From an uncultured bacterium (GTDB taxonomy: Bacteria; Krumholzibacteriota; Krumholzibacteriia; LZORAL124-64-63), in contig CAIOLW010000051.1 in assembly GCA_903859215.1 (NCBI GenBank), forward strand, positions 2,482-66,481: DNA of 64,000 nucleotides, in the 5' to 3' direction. Below the pieces are notes generated by a model. The model did no database searches and was not told where the DNA came from. It saw nothing but the letters and a program-made list of their open reading frames with translations. The first letter of the stretch is position 1. Each line of letters begins with the position of its first letter. The position numbers and the translations under genes were made by a program. Positions 36,997 to 45,144 of this stretch are shown in pieces.

Positions 36997-38292
36997 ATGA
37001 ACACGAACAGGCACACACCCCAGCGCAGGCGGCGGACTCTGGCACCGCCGGCAACGTCGACCGTGTTGGCACGGATGCTGGCGCTGGCGGCGATGCTGGC
37101 GGTGGCGAACCTCGCAGTGGCCGGCAACGGCAGCGAGGGGTTGCCGGGCGACTGGCTCAATCGCTTCGACAGCGCGCGCGGCGTGGCGATCGGCGGCGCG
37201 CGGGTCGCATTGGCCGACGAGCCCTTGTCGGCGCTGGTCAACCCGGCGGCCGCGGCGTGGCTCGAGCGCGGCGCCGTGCAGGTAAACACGACGCGGCTGT
37301 TCGCGGACGCGTCGGTGAGCAGCTTCGGCATCGCGTTGCCGGCCACCGGCCGGCCGTCGCTGGCGTTCAACGCGCTGAGCCTCTCTTCGGGCGGGTTCGA
37401 CCGCACGGGTGCCGAATCGGACCTGTCGCTCGGAACGTTCGACGAAGGCAACATGGCCCTCGGCCTGGCCGTGGCGCAGCCTTTGGGCGACCGCCTGGCC
37501 GCCGGCGCGCAGGTCAAGCTGGTGCGCCAGTCGCTGGACGAGTTCAACGCCAGCGGCCTGGGCTTTGACCTCGGCGTGATCGCCCGTGCGCCGGGAGGGC
37601 TGCAGGTGGGCGTCTCGGCGGTCAACCTCGGTGGTCCGACGCTGGCGATGCGCATGCGCGACGAGACCTACCTGCGCGAGCTGCGCGGCGGCGCGGCGCT
37701 CCCGGTCAACGGCGGCAACGGGCTGCTGGCCGTGGACATCGTGCAGCGCGACGGCGCGGACACGCAGTTCCACGTGGGCGGTCGCTTCCGCCTGCAGGCG
37801 CTGGAACTGGGCGTGGGCTACGACATCGACAACTTCGCCGCGGGCTTCAGCTACCACCTGCCCAACGGGCTGCAGCTGGACTACGCGATGAGCGACCACG
37901 AGCTGGGGCTCGTGCATCGCATCGGCCTGACCTGGCGCTTCGGCGGCTTCAGCGCCGAGGCCAAGGCGTCGCCGGCCGTGTTCTCGCCGACCGGCGGCGA
38001 GCCGCTGACGCGGTTCAGCCTGAAGGCGCACACGCGCGCCGACGCGCTCGCGTGGCACCTCGACATCACGAACAACTCGGGCGTCGTCGTCCGCACGTTC
38101 GCCGGCCAGGGCCAGCCCCCGGCCGACATCGTCTGGGACGGCAAGGACTCGGTCGGCCGGCCATTGCCGGACGGCGACTATACATACCGCCTGCGCGTGG
38201 ACGAGCGCGGGGGCACCACGCTGCAGGCGCGGCAGGGCACGGTCGAGATCGCCAGCGGCGGGTTGCTCGGAACGATCGGGGTGGCGCGATGA
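36997..38292 (+). CDS. PorV/PorQ/FadL-like outer-membrane barrel with C-terminal FlgD-Ig-like domain
   Basis: ATG at 36997. Signal peptide LALAAMLAVANLAVAG. N-terminal motif SARGVAIGGARVALADEPLSALVNPAAAAWL, the FadL/PorV-type 'GGA..A..D.sA...NPA' motif. About 300 aa of strand pattern ends in LTWRFG. Then FSPTGGEPLTRFSLKAH...VVRTFAGQGQPPADIVWDGKDSVGRPLPDGDYTYRL. Confidence 0.7.
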   Translation: MNTNRHTPQRRRRTLAPPATSTVLARMLALAAMLAVANLAVAGNGSEGLPGDWLNRFDSARGVAIGGARVALADEPLSALVNPAAAAWLERGAVQVNTTRLFADASVSSFGIALPATGRPSLAFNALSLSSGGFDRTGAESDLSLGTFDEGNMALGLAVAQPLGDRLAAGAQVKLVRQSLDEFNASGLGFDLGVIARAPGGLQVGVSAVNLGGPTLAMRMRDETYLRELRGGAALPVNGGNGLLAVDIVQRDGADTQFHVGGRFRLQALELGVGYDIDNFAAGFSYHLPNGLQLDYAMSDHELGLVHRIGLTWRFGGFSAEAKASPAVFSPTGGEPLTRFSLKAHTRADALAWHLDITNNSGVVVRTFAGQGQPPADIVWDGKDSVGRPLPDGDYTYRLRVDERGGTTLQARQGTVEIASGGLLGTIGVAR

Positions 38293-41200
38293 ACGGTCGG
38301 CTTCGTCTTCGCGGGAAGGGCGGCCGCCTGGCTGCGTTGCCCGTCATCATCATCCTGGGCTCGGCGCTGCCCGCGCTGGCGGGTGAACCGGCGCCGGCCG
38401 TGACCATGGCCCCTGGCCTGCGCTACGAAGTTGCCGCGCGCGCGGCGGCCGACGGCGACCTGGCCCCGCTGCGTGTGATGCAGGAGGCGATCGGCGGCGG
38501 CGCGCCGGGCGGCATGACGCCGGGCGCGGCGCTGCTGCTGCGCGGCAGCCTGGCCGATGCGCTGGGCGACCACGAGGGCGCGGCGAAGCTGTTCCTGCAG
38601 GGCGCAGGCAAGGACACGGGCGCCGACTGGAAGGAAGCGGCGTCGTTCCTGGCGGCGCAGGCGCTGGAGTCGGCCGGCGACGACGAGGCCGCGATCAAGT
38701 CGTGGACGCGCTGGCAACTGGACCACCCGAACGGGCGCCTGGCCACCGAGGCCGGGCTGCGGCTGGCGTGGCTGCAGCTGCGCGCAGGACATGATGTTGA
38801 AGCGACGGCCACCATCACGGCGCTGGCGCAGGCGCATCCCTGGCTGCAGACGGATGCCGCCTGGCAGCGCGCGCAGGCGATGATCGACTACCTGGCTGGC
38901 AAGCCGGCCGATGCGCTGGCCGCGCTGGGCGACGACCCGCAGGGCGCCGGATCGCTGTACCTGAAGGGCCTGTGCGAGGCGGCGCTGGAGCAGCCGCTGC
39001 CGGCCGCCGCATCGTTCCAGGCCGTGGCCGCGCGCTACCCGCAGTCGCCGCTGCGCGACGCGGCGCTGTTCGCGAAGGCCAACACCTTCCTGGCCGGCGG
39101 CGCGTGGCGCAGCGCGGCCGAGGATTTTGCGGTCGTCGTGGCCGGCACTTCGAACGCCGACCTTGCCGCCGAGGCGACGGTGCGCCAGGCCACGGCCTGC
39201 CACCTGGACGGCGACTCGCCGAAGGCGATCGCGCTGCTGCGCGACCTGACCCGCCAGCGCAAGGGCACCGAGGTGGCCTCGCGCGCGCAGTTCCTGCTGG
39301 GCGACGTGCTGGCCGCCACGGGCGACCACGCCGGCGCCATCACCGAACTGAGCACGCTCCTGGCCGACTATTTCGACCGCGACGTCGCGGCCCGCGCGCA
39401 GTACCGCATCGCGCGCAGCTACGCGGCCCTCGGGCAGGTCGACGACGCGACGACCGCCTGCCTGGCCGTCGTCTCGGGCTACCCGCAGTCCCCGCAGGCG
39501 CCCGCGGCGGCCTACCTGGCCGGGTGCGGGCTGCTGGCCGCGAACCGGCCGGACGAGGCGGCCCCGTACTTCCAGCTGGTGCTCGACCGCTACGGCAAGG
39601 ATGCCGGCGGCGGCGGGGCGGCGGTCTTCGCCGACCCCGAACACTACGAACTGGTCGAGGCCGCGCTGTGCATGCTGCAGGTTTCGTGGCGGCAGACCGG
39701 CGACACCGGCCGCCTGAGCGGCGCCGCGCACGCGCTGCTGCAGCGCCTGCCGGCCAGCCGTTCGCCGTGGCGGGCGTGGGCGCTGTTGATCGATGCCGAC
39801 GCGCAGGCGGGGCAGGGCCTGTACGCCGATGCGCGCGCCAGCCTCGAGGTGCTGCAGAACGAGTTCCCCGACCACGCCGCGCTGCCGGCGGCCGGCCAGT
39901 TGCTGGCCTGGACGTACGCGCAGGAGGGCGACCAGGACCGCGCCGTGGCGGCCAGCGAGGCGCTGCTCGCGCGCGACACCGGCGGCGGCGACCGCGACCT
40001 GTACAACCAGGCGCTGCTGAACATCGCGCACGTGCGCTTCAACCAGGGCCGCCACGCCGAGGCGCTGCCCGTGTACGAGGAGTTCCTGCGGCGCAACGCG
40101 CAGCATGCCGATCGCCAGCTGGTGCTGTACCAGGCCGGCCTGTGCTACCTGCGGCTCGACCGCGCGGGCGATGCGGCGGACCGCTGGGAAGCGGCCGTCG
40201 CGCTGGACCCGAAGACCGGGTTGGCCGAGCAGGCGTGGACCCGCGCCGGCGACCTCTACTTCCAGGCTGAACGCTATGACGACGCACGCCGCTGCTACCG
40301 CGGCCTGCTCGACAACTTCGGCGGCGGTGAGACTGCCGAACTGGGCCGCCTGCGCCTGGCGCAGTGCGATTACAACGCCGGCCGCGACCAGGATGCCGTC
40401 GCCGGGTTCGGGCAGTTCGTAGAGAAGTATCCGCGCTCCCAATTGCGGGCCGACGCCGAGCACGGGCTGGAGCAGGCGCTCTACCGGCTGGGCCAGGCCG
40501 ACGACGGCGTGGCGCAGCTGGCCGACCTCGTGGAACACCACCCCGACAGCCGGTTCGCGGCCGATGCGCAGTTCCGCATCGCCAGCCGGCTCTACGAGAA
40601 CAAGGAATTCGAGAAGGCTGCCGACCAGTTCCGCCTGGTGGTCAGCCGCTGGCCGTCGTACTCGGCGGCCGACCGCGCGCAGTACCTGATGGCCGAGTCG
40701 TACGCCGAGGCCGGCAAGAGCGACGAGGCGAAGCAGGGCTACGAGCAGTTCCTCGGGTTCTTCGGCAAGAGCGAGCTGGGCGTGTCCGCGCGCTTCCGCC
40801 TGGGCATGAATCGCTTCGAGGCCGGGGATTACCGCGCGGCTGCCGGCAGCTTCGGCGAGGTCGTCGCCGCGGCGCCCGGCGGGGACATGGGCAAGGCCGC
40901 TCTCTACAACCTGGCGCTCTGTGAACGGCTGGGCGGCCGGCCGGCCGTCGCGGCGGACCGGTTGCTGGACTACCGCAAGCAGTACCCGAACGACGAGCGC
41001 GCGGCCGCGGTGGCCTTCCAGCTGGGCGACATGCACGAACAGTCCGGCCGGTTGCCCCAGGCCATGACGGAGCTGGCCCTTGCGGCGGCCGCCCCGTGCG
41101 AGGATCCGCTGCGCACAGAGGTGCAGTACCGCCTCGGCGCCTGTCGCGAGAAACTGGCCGACCTGACGGGCGCGCTCGCCGCGTACCGCCAGGCGGCGCA

Positions 41201-41387
41201 GTGCAACGACCCGGTCAACGCCTTCCGGTTGTCGGCGCTGGCCCGCTCGGCGGTGCTCAGCGAGGACGCCGGCGACCTGGCCGCGGCCCTGGCGGCCTAT
41301 CGGGACCTGATGAAGAACGCAGCTGATCCGCAACTGGTGGCCGCGGCCACCGACCGCGCGGCGCAACTGGCGACCGTGGTGCGCTAG
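38289..41387 (+). CDS. 1032-aa secreted tetratricopeptide-repeat protein (YbgF/BamD-like repeats)
   Basis: ATG at 38289 (ATGA overlap). Signal peptide LAALPVIIILGSALPALAGEP. TPR units run throughout (AQYRIARSYAALGQVDDA, AQFRIASRLYENKEFEKAADQF, AQYLMAESYAEAGKSDEAKQGYEQF...). Confidence 0.85.
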   Translation: MNGRLRLRGKGGRLAALPVIIILGSALPALAGEPAPAVTMAPGLRYEVAARAAADGDLAPLRVMQEAIGGGAPGGMTPGAALLLRGSLADALGDHEGAAKLFLQGAGKDTGADWKEAASFLAAQALESAGDDEAAIKSWTRWQLDHPNGRLATEAGLRLAWLQLRAGHDVEATATITALAQAHPWLQTDAAWQRAQAMIDYLAGKPADALAALGDDPQGAGSLYLKGLCEAALEQPLPAAASFQAVAARYPQSPLRDAALFAKANTFLAGGAWRSAAEDFAVVVAGTSNADLAAEATVRQATACHLDGDSPKAIALLRDLTRQRKGTEVASRAQFLLGDVLAATGDHAGAITELSTLLADYFDRDVAARAQYRIARSYAALGQVDDATTACLAVVSGYPQSPQAPAAAYLAGCGLLAANRPDEAAPYFQLVLDRYGKDAGGGGAAVFADPEHYELVEAALCMLQVSWRQTGDTGRLSGAAHALLQRLPASRSPWRAWALLIDADAQAGQGLYADARASLEVLQNEFPDHAALPAAGQLLAWTYAQEGDQDRAVAASEALLARDTGGGDRDLYNQALLNIAHVRFNQGRHAEALPVYEEFLRRNAQHADRQLVLYQAGLCYLRLDRAGDAADRWEAAVALDPKTGLAEQAWTRAGDLYFQAERYDDARRCYRGLLDNFGGGETAELGRLRLAQCDYNAGRDQDAVAGFGQFVEKYPRSQLRADAEHGLEQALYRLGQADDGVAQLADLVEHHPDSRFAADAQFRIASRLYENKEFEKAADQFRLVVSRWPSYSAADRAQYLMAESYAEAGKSDEAKQGYEQFLGFFGKSELGVSARFRLGMNRFEAGDYRAAAGSFGEVVAAAPGGDMGKAALYNLALCERLGGRPAVAADRLLDYRKQYPNDERAAAVAFQLGDMHEQSGRLPQAMTELALAAAAPCEDPLRTEVQYRLGACREKLADLTGALAAYRQAAQCNDPVNAFRLSALARSAVLSEDAGDLAAALAAYRDLMKNAADPQLVAAATDRAAQLATVVR

Positions 41388-41426
41388 CGCGGACGGGATG
41401 GTCCGTCCACAACGCAAGGAGTACGG

Positions 41427-42140
41427 ATGTTTGTCGACTTCGACTGGGGTGCAGCGCTGGGACAGAGCCCGATCCTGGGTGTGCTGATCCTGTGCAGTAT
41501 GGTGACGCTTGCTTTCGCGATCGAACGGCTGAACTACTACCGCCGTCGCAGCGGCGACACGGACGCCGTCATGCGCCGGACGATGGCCTCGGTGCAGCGC
41601 GGCCGGATCGACGAGGCCGTCGAGCAGGTGCAGGAACTGTCGCATCCGCTCGGGGCGGTCGCGGCCGGGACGCTGCACGGTTTCAGTCGCGCGCCGCAGG
41701 AGGCCGAGGAGATCATGCACGTGATGCTTAACCAGCAGAAGCTGCTGCTCGAGCGCAACACGGGCCTGATCGGCACGATGGCGGCCGTCACGCCGCTGAT
41801 CGGCCTGCTCGGCACCGTGTGGGGCATCATGCGCGCCTTCCAGGCGATGAGCAAGGCAACCGCCGTCGGTCCGTCGATCGTGGCTGCCGGCGTCGCCGAG
41901 GCCCTGGTGACCACGGCTGCCGGCCTGGTCGTCGCGGTGCCCGCGGTGATCCTCTATAACCACCTGAACCGCCGCCAGACCACGATGCTGGCGGAGGCCG
42001 AGAACCACACGCGCATGCTGTGCGTGGCCGCGCGCTCCGCAGCGGCATACGCCGACGCCGCGCAGGCCGAGGCGGCCGCAAGCGCCGTGCATGCGGTGCG
42101 CCGGTCGGCCTCGCCGTCGCGCGCGACGGTGCCGGTGTGA
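41427..42140 (+). CDS. exbB: MotA/TolQ/ExbB proton-channel family protein
   Basis: Three TM segments and the signature TPLIGLLGTVWGIMRAF...GPSIVAAGVAEALVTTAAGLVVAVPAVILYN. Confidence 0.92.
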   Translation: MFVDFDWGAALGQSPILGVLILCSMVTLAFAIERLNYYRRRSGDTDAVMRRTMASVQRGRIDEAVEQVQELSHPLGAVAAGTLHGFSRAPQEAEEIMHVMLNQQKLLLERNTGLIGTMAAVTPLIGLLGTVWGIMRAFQAMSKATAVGPSIVAAGVAEALVTTAAGLVVAVPAVILYNHLNRRQTTMLAEAENHTRMLCVAARSAAAYADAAQAEAAASAVHAVRRSASPSRATVPV

Positions 42141-42556
42141 TGATGCGCCGACGTGACCAGGGCGTCGAAGCGGGCCCGCTATCCGAGATCAACACCACGC
42201 CGCTGATCGACGTGTCGCTGGTGCTGGTGGTGATCCTGATGGTGGCGTCGCCGCTGGCGTTCGAGTCCAGCTTCGGCGTGCACAAGGGCGCGCCGCTGGC
42301 GCAGCCGGCCGTGATCGAGGACGTGCCCGAGCGCGTCGAACTGGCGATCACCGGCGAGAACCGCGTCGAGGTGAACGGCCGCGCCGTGGCCATCGACCAG
42401 CTGGCGGGCGCGCTGGCGCCGCTGCTGGGGACGGGCGCCCCGAAGCGCGACGTGGCCGTCTCGTGCGCCGACCAGGTCAGCCACGGCGCCTTCGTGCGCG
42501 TGCTGGACATTGCGAAACTGAACGGCGCGGCGAACATCGCCGTCGCGGAGAAGTGA
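42140..42556 (+). CDS. exbD: ExbD/TolR family protein (copy 1)
   Basis: ATG at 42140 abuts the exbB stop. EINTTPLIDVSLVLVVILMV is typical of ExbD. Confidence 0.9.
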   Translation: MMRRRDQGVEAGPLSEINTTPLIDVSLVLVVILMVASPLAFESSFGVHKGAPLAQPAVIEDVPERVELAITGENRVEVNGRAVAIDQLAGALAPLLGTGAPKRDVAVSCADQVSHGAFVRVLDIAKLNGAANIAVAEK

Positions 42557-42557
42557 C

Positions 42558-42986
42558 ATGAGACCGAGGCAGACGACTGGCGCTGCGCCGATGGCGAAGA
42601 TCAACGTGACGCCGATCATCGACGTCGCGCTGGTGCTGGTCATCATCCTGCTGGTGACGGCGCCCATGATGTCGATGTCCCAGCTGCCGGTCGACCTGCC
42701 CGGGGCGCACGCGCGCGATACCGAGCGCGCGAACTTCATCAGCCTGACGATGACCGCCGACGGCACCCTGGCGCTGGACGACAAGGCGCTCGGCGGCCTG
42801 GCTGAAGTGGCCCCGCGCCTGCGCGCGCGCCTGGCCGAGGGCCGGGACAAGAACCAATTGGTCGTCGTGCGGGCCGACGCGAAGCTGCCGCACGCCGCGG
42901 TGCGCCGGCTGATGGACGCCGCGCGCGAGGCCGGCGCCGTCAACCTCGGCATCGCCACCAGCCAGATCACGGGCGGCACGCCATGA
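42558..42986 (+). CDS. exbD: ExbD/TolR family protein (copy 2)
   Basis: KINVTPIIDVALVLVIILLVTAPMM, then LVVVRADAKLPHAAVRRLMDAAREAG. Confidence 0.9.
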   Translation: MRPRQTTGAAPMAKINVTPIIDVALVLVIILLVTAPMMSMSQLPVDLPGAHARDTERANFISLTMTADGTLALDDKALGGLAEVAPRLRARLAEGRDKNQLVVVRADAKLPHAAVRRLMDAAREAGAVNLGIATSQITGGTP

Positions 42987-43972
42987 ACATGCTGGCCATG
43001 CACGCCGAGTTCCGGGGCATGCGCAAGCGGGCGCAGCGGGCGATGGCGCTGAGCGTCGCGCTGCATGCGCTGCTGCTGTTCGCGCTCGTACGGCTGCAGG
43101 GGGCGAAGGCCGAGGAGCCGCGCATCGTCGAGGTTTCGTGGCTCGAGCCGGCGGCAGTTGTCGAGCCGGTCGTCGCGCCCCCGGTCGTTGTCGCGCCCCC
43201 GGCGCCGCAGGAGAAGCCCGCACCGCCTAAGGTCACCGAGCCCGCGCCGCGCACCGCGCCGACCAAACGCCCGCAGCCCGCCGGCCCGACGCCCGCGGAG
43301 CGTCACGCCGCGGCCGAGGCGGCGGACCGCCAGGCGAAGCTGGACCGGCTGGCGGCAACGAGGGCGACCGTGTCGCGCGAACTGGACGTGGCCCCGGCGT
43401 CGTCGGCCACGCGGCAACTGCTTGCGGGTGCGCCGACGGGCGGCTCGGACCTCACGAGGCTGGCGGCGGCGACGATGGCGCCCGTGGCACAGAAGGGCCG
43501 GCCGGTGGCGCTCGCGCGCGGCCCCGAGGTCAAGGCGGCGGCGCTGGCGCTCAATCGCGGCCCGGCCGTGGTCGGGGGCGGCCTGCCGGCGGCGGCCGAG
43601 GGACCTGGCGCGGGCCGTGGCGCCGGTTCGGCGACGGAGGCGGCCGCGGAGCCGGCCACGATGACGGTGACCCCGGGCGATGTCGTGCTGGACGGCCCGG
43701 CCGCCGCCCGCGCGGTGGTCTCGCAGGTCCTGCCGACGTATCCCGACTGGGCGCGCCGCCAGGCCGTCGAGGCCGTGGTGAAGCTGCAGTTCACGGTGCT
43801 GCCGGACGGGCGCGTGCGCGAGGACGTGCAGGTGACCCGCACCGGCGGGTTCCGTGAGTTCGACGATCGCGCGGCGTCCGCGCTGCGCCGGTGGCGGTTC
43901 GCGCCACTGGCCGGCGGCGACGCCGCAGGACAGATGGGCACGATCACCTTCCGTTTCCGCCTGCACGGTTGA
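42983..43972 (+). CDS. tonB: TonB/TolA-like energy transducer (C-terminal TonB domain)
   Basis: ATGA overlap with exbD2. N-terminal TM segment ALSVALHALLLFALV, a Pro/Ala-rich spacer (PVVAPPVVVAPPAPQEKPAPPK), and a C-terminal PTYPDWARRQAVEAVVKLQFTVLPDGRV...ALRRWRFAP. Confidence 0.88.
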   Translation: MNMLAMHAEFRGMRKRAQRAMALSVALHALLLFALVRLQGAKAEEPRIVEVSWLEPAAVVEPVVAPPVVVAPPAPQEKPAPPKVTEPAPRTAPTKRPQPAGPTPAERHAAAEAADRQAKLDRLAATRATVSRELDVAPASSATRQLLAGAPTGGSDLTRLAAATMAPVAQKGRPVALARGPEVKAAALALNRGPAVVGGGLPAAAEGPGAGRGAGSATEAAAEPATMTVTPGDVVLDGPAAARAVVSQVLPTYPDWARRQAVEAVVKLQFTVLPDGRVREDVQVTRTGGFREFDDRAASALRRWRFAPLAGGDAAGQMGTITFRFRLHG

Positions 43973-43997
43973 ACCGGTGACTGGCGGGGAGGACGAT

Positions 43998-44996
43998 ATG
44001 GCGACCAAACGCACGCATGCATTCGGGTTGATGGTCCTCGTGGCTCTGGCTGTGGCGGCGCTGGCGGCGCTGCCGGCCTTCGCTGCGGGAAAGGCGCCGG
44101 TGACGGTGGCCTCGGTCAGCGCCCCCAAGGCGCCCGCGGCAACGCCCGTGACCACGGGCAAGGCTGCGCCCGCCTCGCTGCCGCCCAAGGGCGACGGCTC
44201 GCTCGGCAGCCTGACGGTCGAGGGCGCCAGCCAGGTGCGCATCCACTTCGAGCGGCCGCAGCTGAAACTCGACCTCGACCCGATGGCCGCGCCCGGCCTC
44301 GAGACCGAGTCGACGATGGCCATCGTCGAGCGCAAGCGGCCCAACCTGGTGCTGCCGCTGCTGGCCGATTCGGCGCAGGAACGCGCCGTGCGCACGCCGC
44401 ACCCGTGGCTGACCGGATTTGCGGTCGGCACGCTGGCGCGGCTGCGCCAGGACGTCAAGGGTGTCGCCGGCTGGCAGATCGAGATCATCGACGCGCGCGG
44501 CACCGTCGTGCGCCGGCTGGCCGGCGAGGGCGCGCCCGAACGCGAGATCGCCTGGGACGGCCTTGGCGACGACGGCGCCCCGGCGCCCTGCGGCCTGGCG
44601 TACGCGCCGGTCCTGACCGCCCGCGACAAGGCCGGCAACACGCGCCGCTTCGTCGGCGCCAGCTTCTCGCTGCCGGCCTACCGCGTCGAGGCGCCGACCG
44701 GCCCGTGCCTGCTGTTCTCGTCGGCCCAGTGGCGCGACGACCAGGGCCACGGCGTCTCGCCGCTGCTGGTCGAGGCGGCCACGGTCCTGAACCTGCACAC
44801 CGACCCGGACCGCCCGCTGGTGGTCACGGCGTCGGCGCCGACCGCCGACGAGGCCGAGGCGATCGGCCGCGAGGTCATCGACGCCCTGGCACCCCTGGTC
44901 GGCGGCGGCGACCACCGGTTGGAACTCGAAGCCCGCGTGGTGCCCGGTGCGCCGGCCGGCGGCACCGTCCAGGTGGCGCCGCGCGCCTCCACCTGA
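43998..44996 (+). CDS. secreted protein with FlgD-Ig-like domain and degenerate OmpA/Pal-like C-terminus
   Basis: ATG at 43998 after GGGGAGGA. Signal peptide LMVLVALAVAALAALPAFAAG. WQIEIIDARGTVVRRLAGEGAPEREIAWDGLGDDGAPAPCGLAYAPVLTARDKAGN is FlgD-Ig-like. The C-terminal LNLHTDPDRPLVVTASAPTADEAEAIGREVIDAL...LELEARVVPG only loosely resembles OmpA_C. Confidence 0.62.
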   Translation: MATKRTHAFGLMVLVALAVAALAALPAFAAGKAPVTVASVSAPKAPAATPVTTGKAAPASLPPKGDGSLGSLTVEGASQVRIHFERPQLKLDLDPMAAPGLETESTMAIVERKRPNLVLPLLADSAQERAVRTPHPWLTGFAVGTLARLRQDVKGVAGWQIEIIDARGTVVRRLAGEGAPEREIAWDGLGDDGAPAPCGLAYAPVLTARDKAGNTRRFVGASFSLPAYRVEAPTGPCLLFSSAQWRDDQGHGVSPLLVEAATVLNLHTDPDRPLVVTASAPTADEAEAIGREVIDALAPLVGGGDHRLELEARVVPGAPAGGTVQVAPRAST

Positions 44997-45024
44997 GCCC
45001 ATCGGCCCACGCGAGCAGCGGAGC

Positions 45025-45044
45025 GGGCGGCCCCTGGGCCGCCC
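45025..45044 (+). terminator. GC hairpin after the operon's last gene (weak terminator candidate)
   Basis: GGGCGGCC-CCTG-GGCCGCCC, with no clear U-tract (followed by GTTCCCG). Confidence 0.3.
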
Positions 45045-45144
45045 GTTCCCGTCCCGGCGATATTCCCTTCTGCCGCAGGCCGGATCACGCTATCTTCCCG
45101 GCATACCGGCCGGTTTCCGCCGGCCCAACCACGGGATCCGCCAC

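Noticed and set aside
33333-37000. A 950-aa minus ORF (33333-36185) and a 1045-aa alternate + frame ORF (33863-37000) overlapping the adhesin gene.
   Set aside because: Both are R/G/A/P/D-rich with no signal peptide, repeats or CTD. The chosen frame has a signal peptide, an SD site, periodic Ig modules and the conserved CTD.
38178-42092. A 1304-aa minus-strand ORF, the longest 'gene' opposite the TPR/ExbB genes.
   Set aside because: It has Arg/Ala/Gly/Pro-rich low-complexity composition and no family motif. It is antisense to genes with clear TPR and ExbB signatures, a typical stop-free antisense frame of high-GC3 coding DNA.
44997-45144. I looked for a cobalamin riboswitch upstream of the B12-dependent mutase genes.
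   Set aside because: Only simple GC hairpins are present, and I see no B12-box-like element. An Rfam scan would be needed for a definitive answer.
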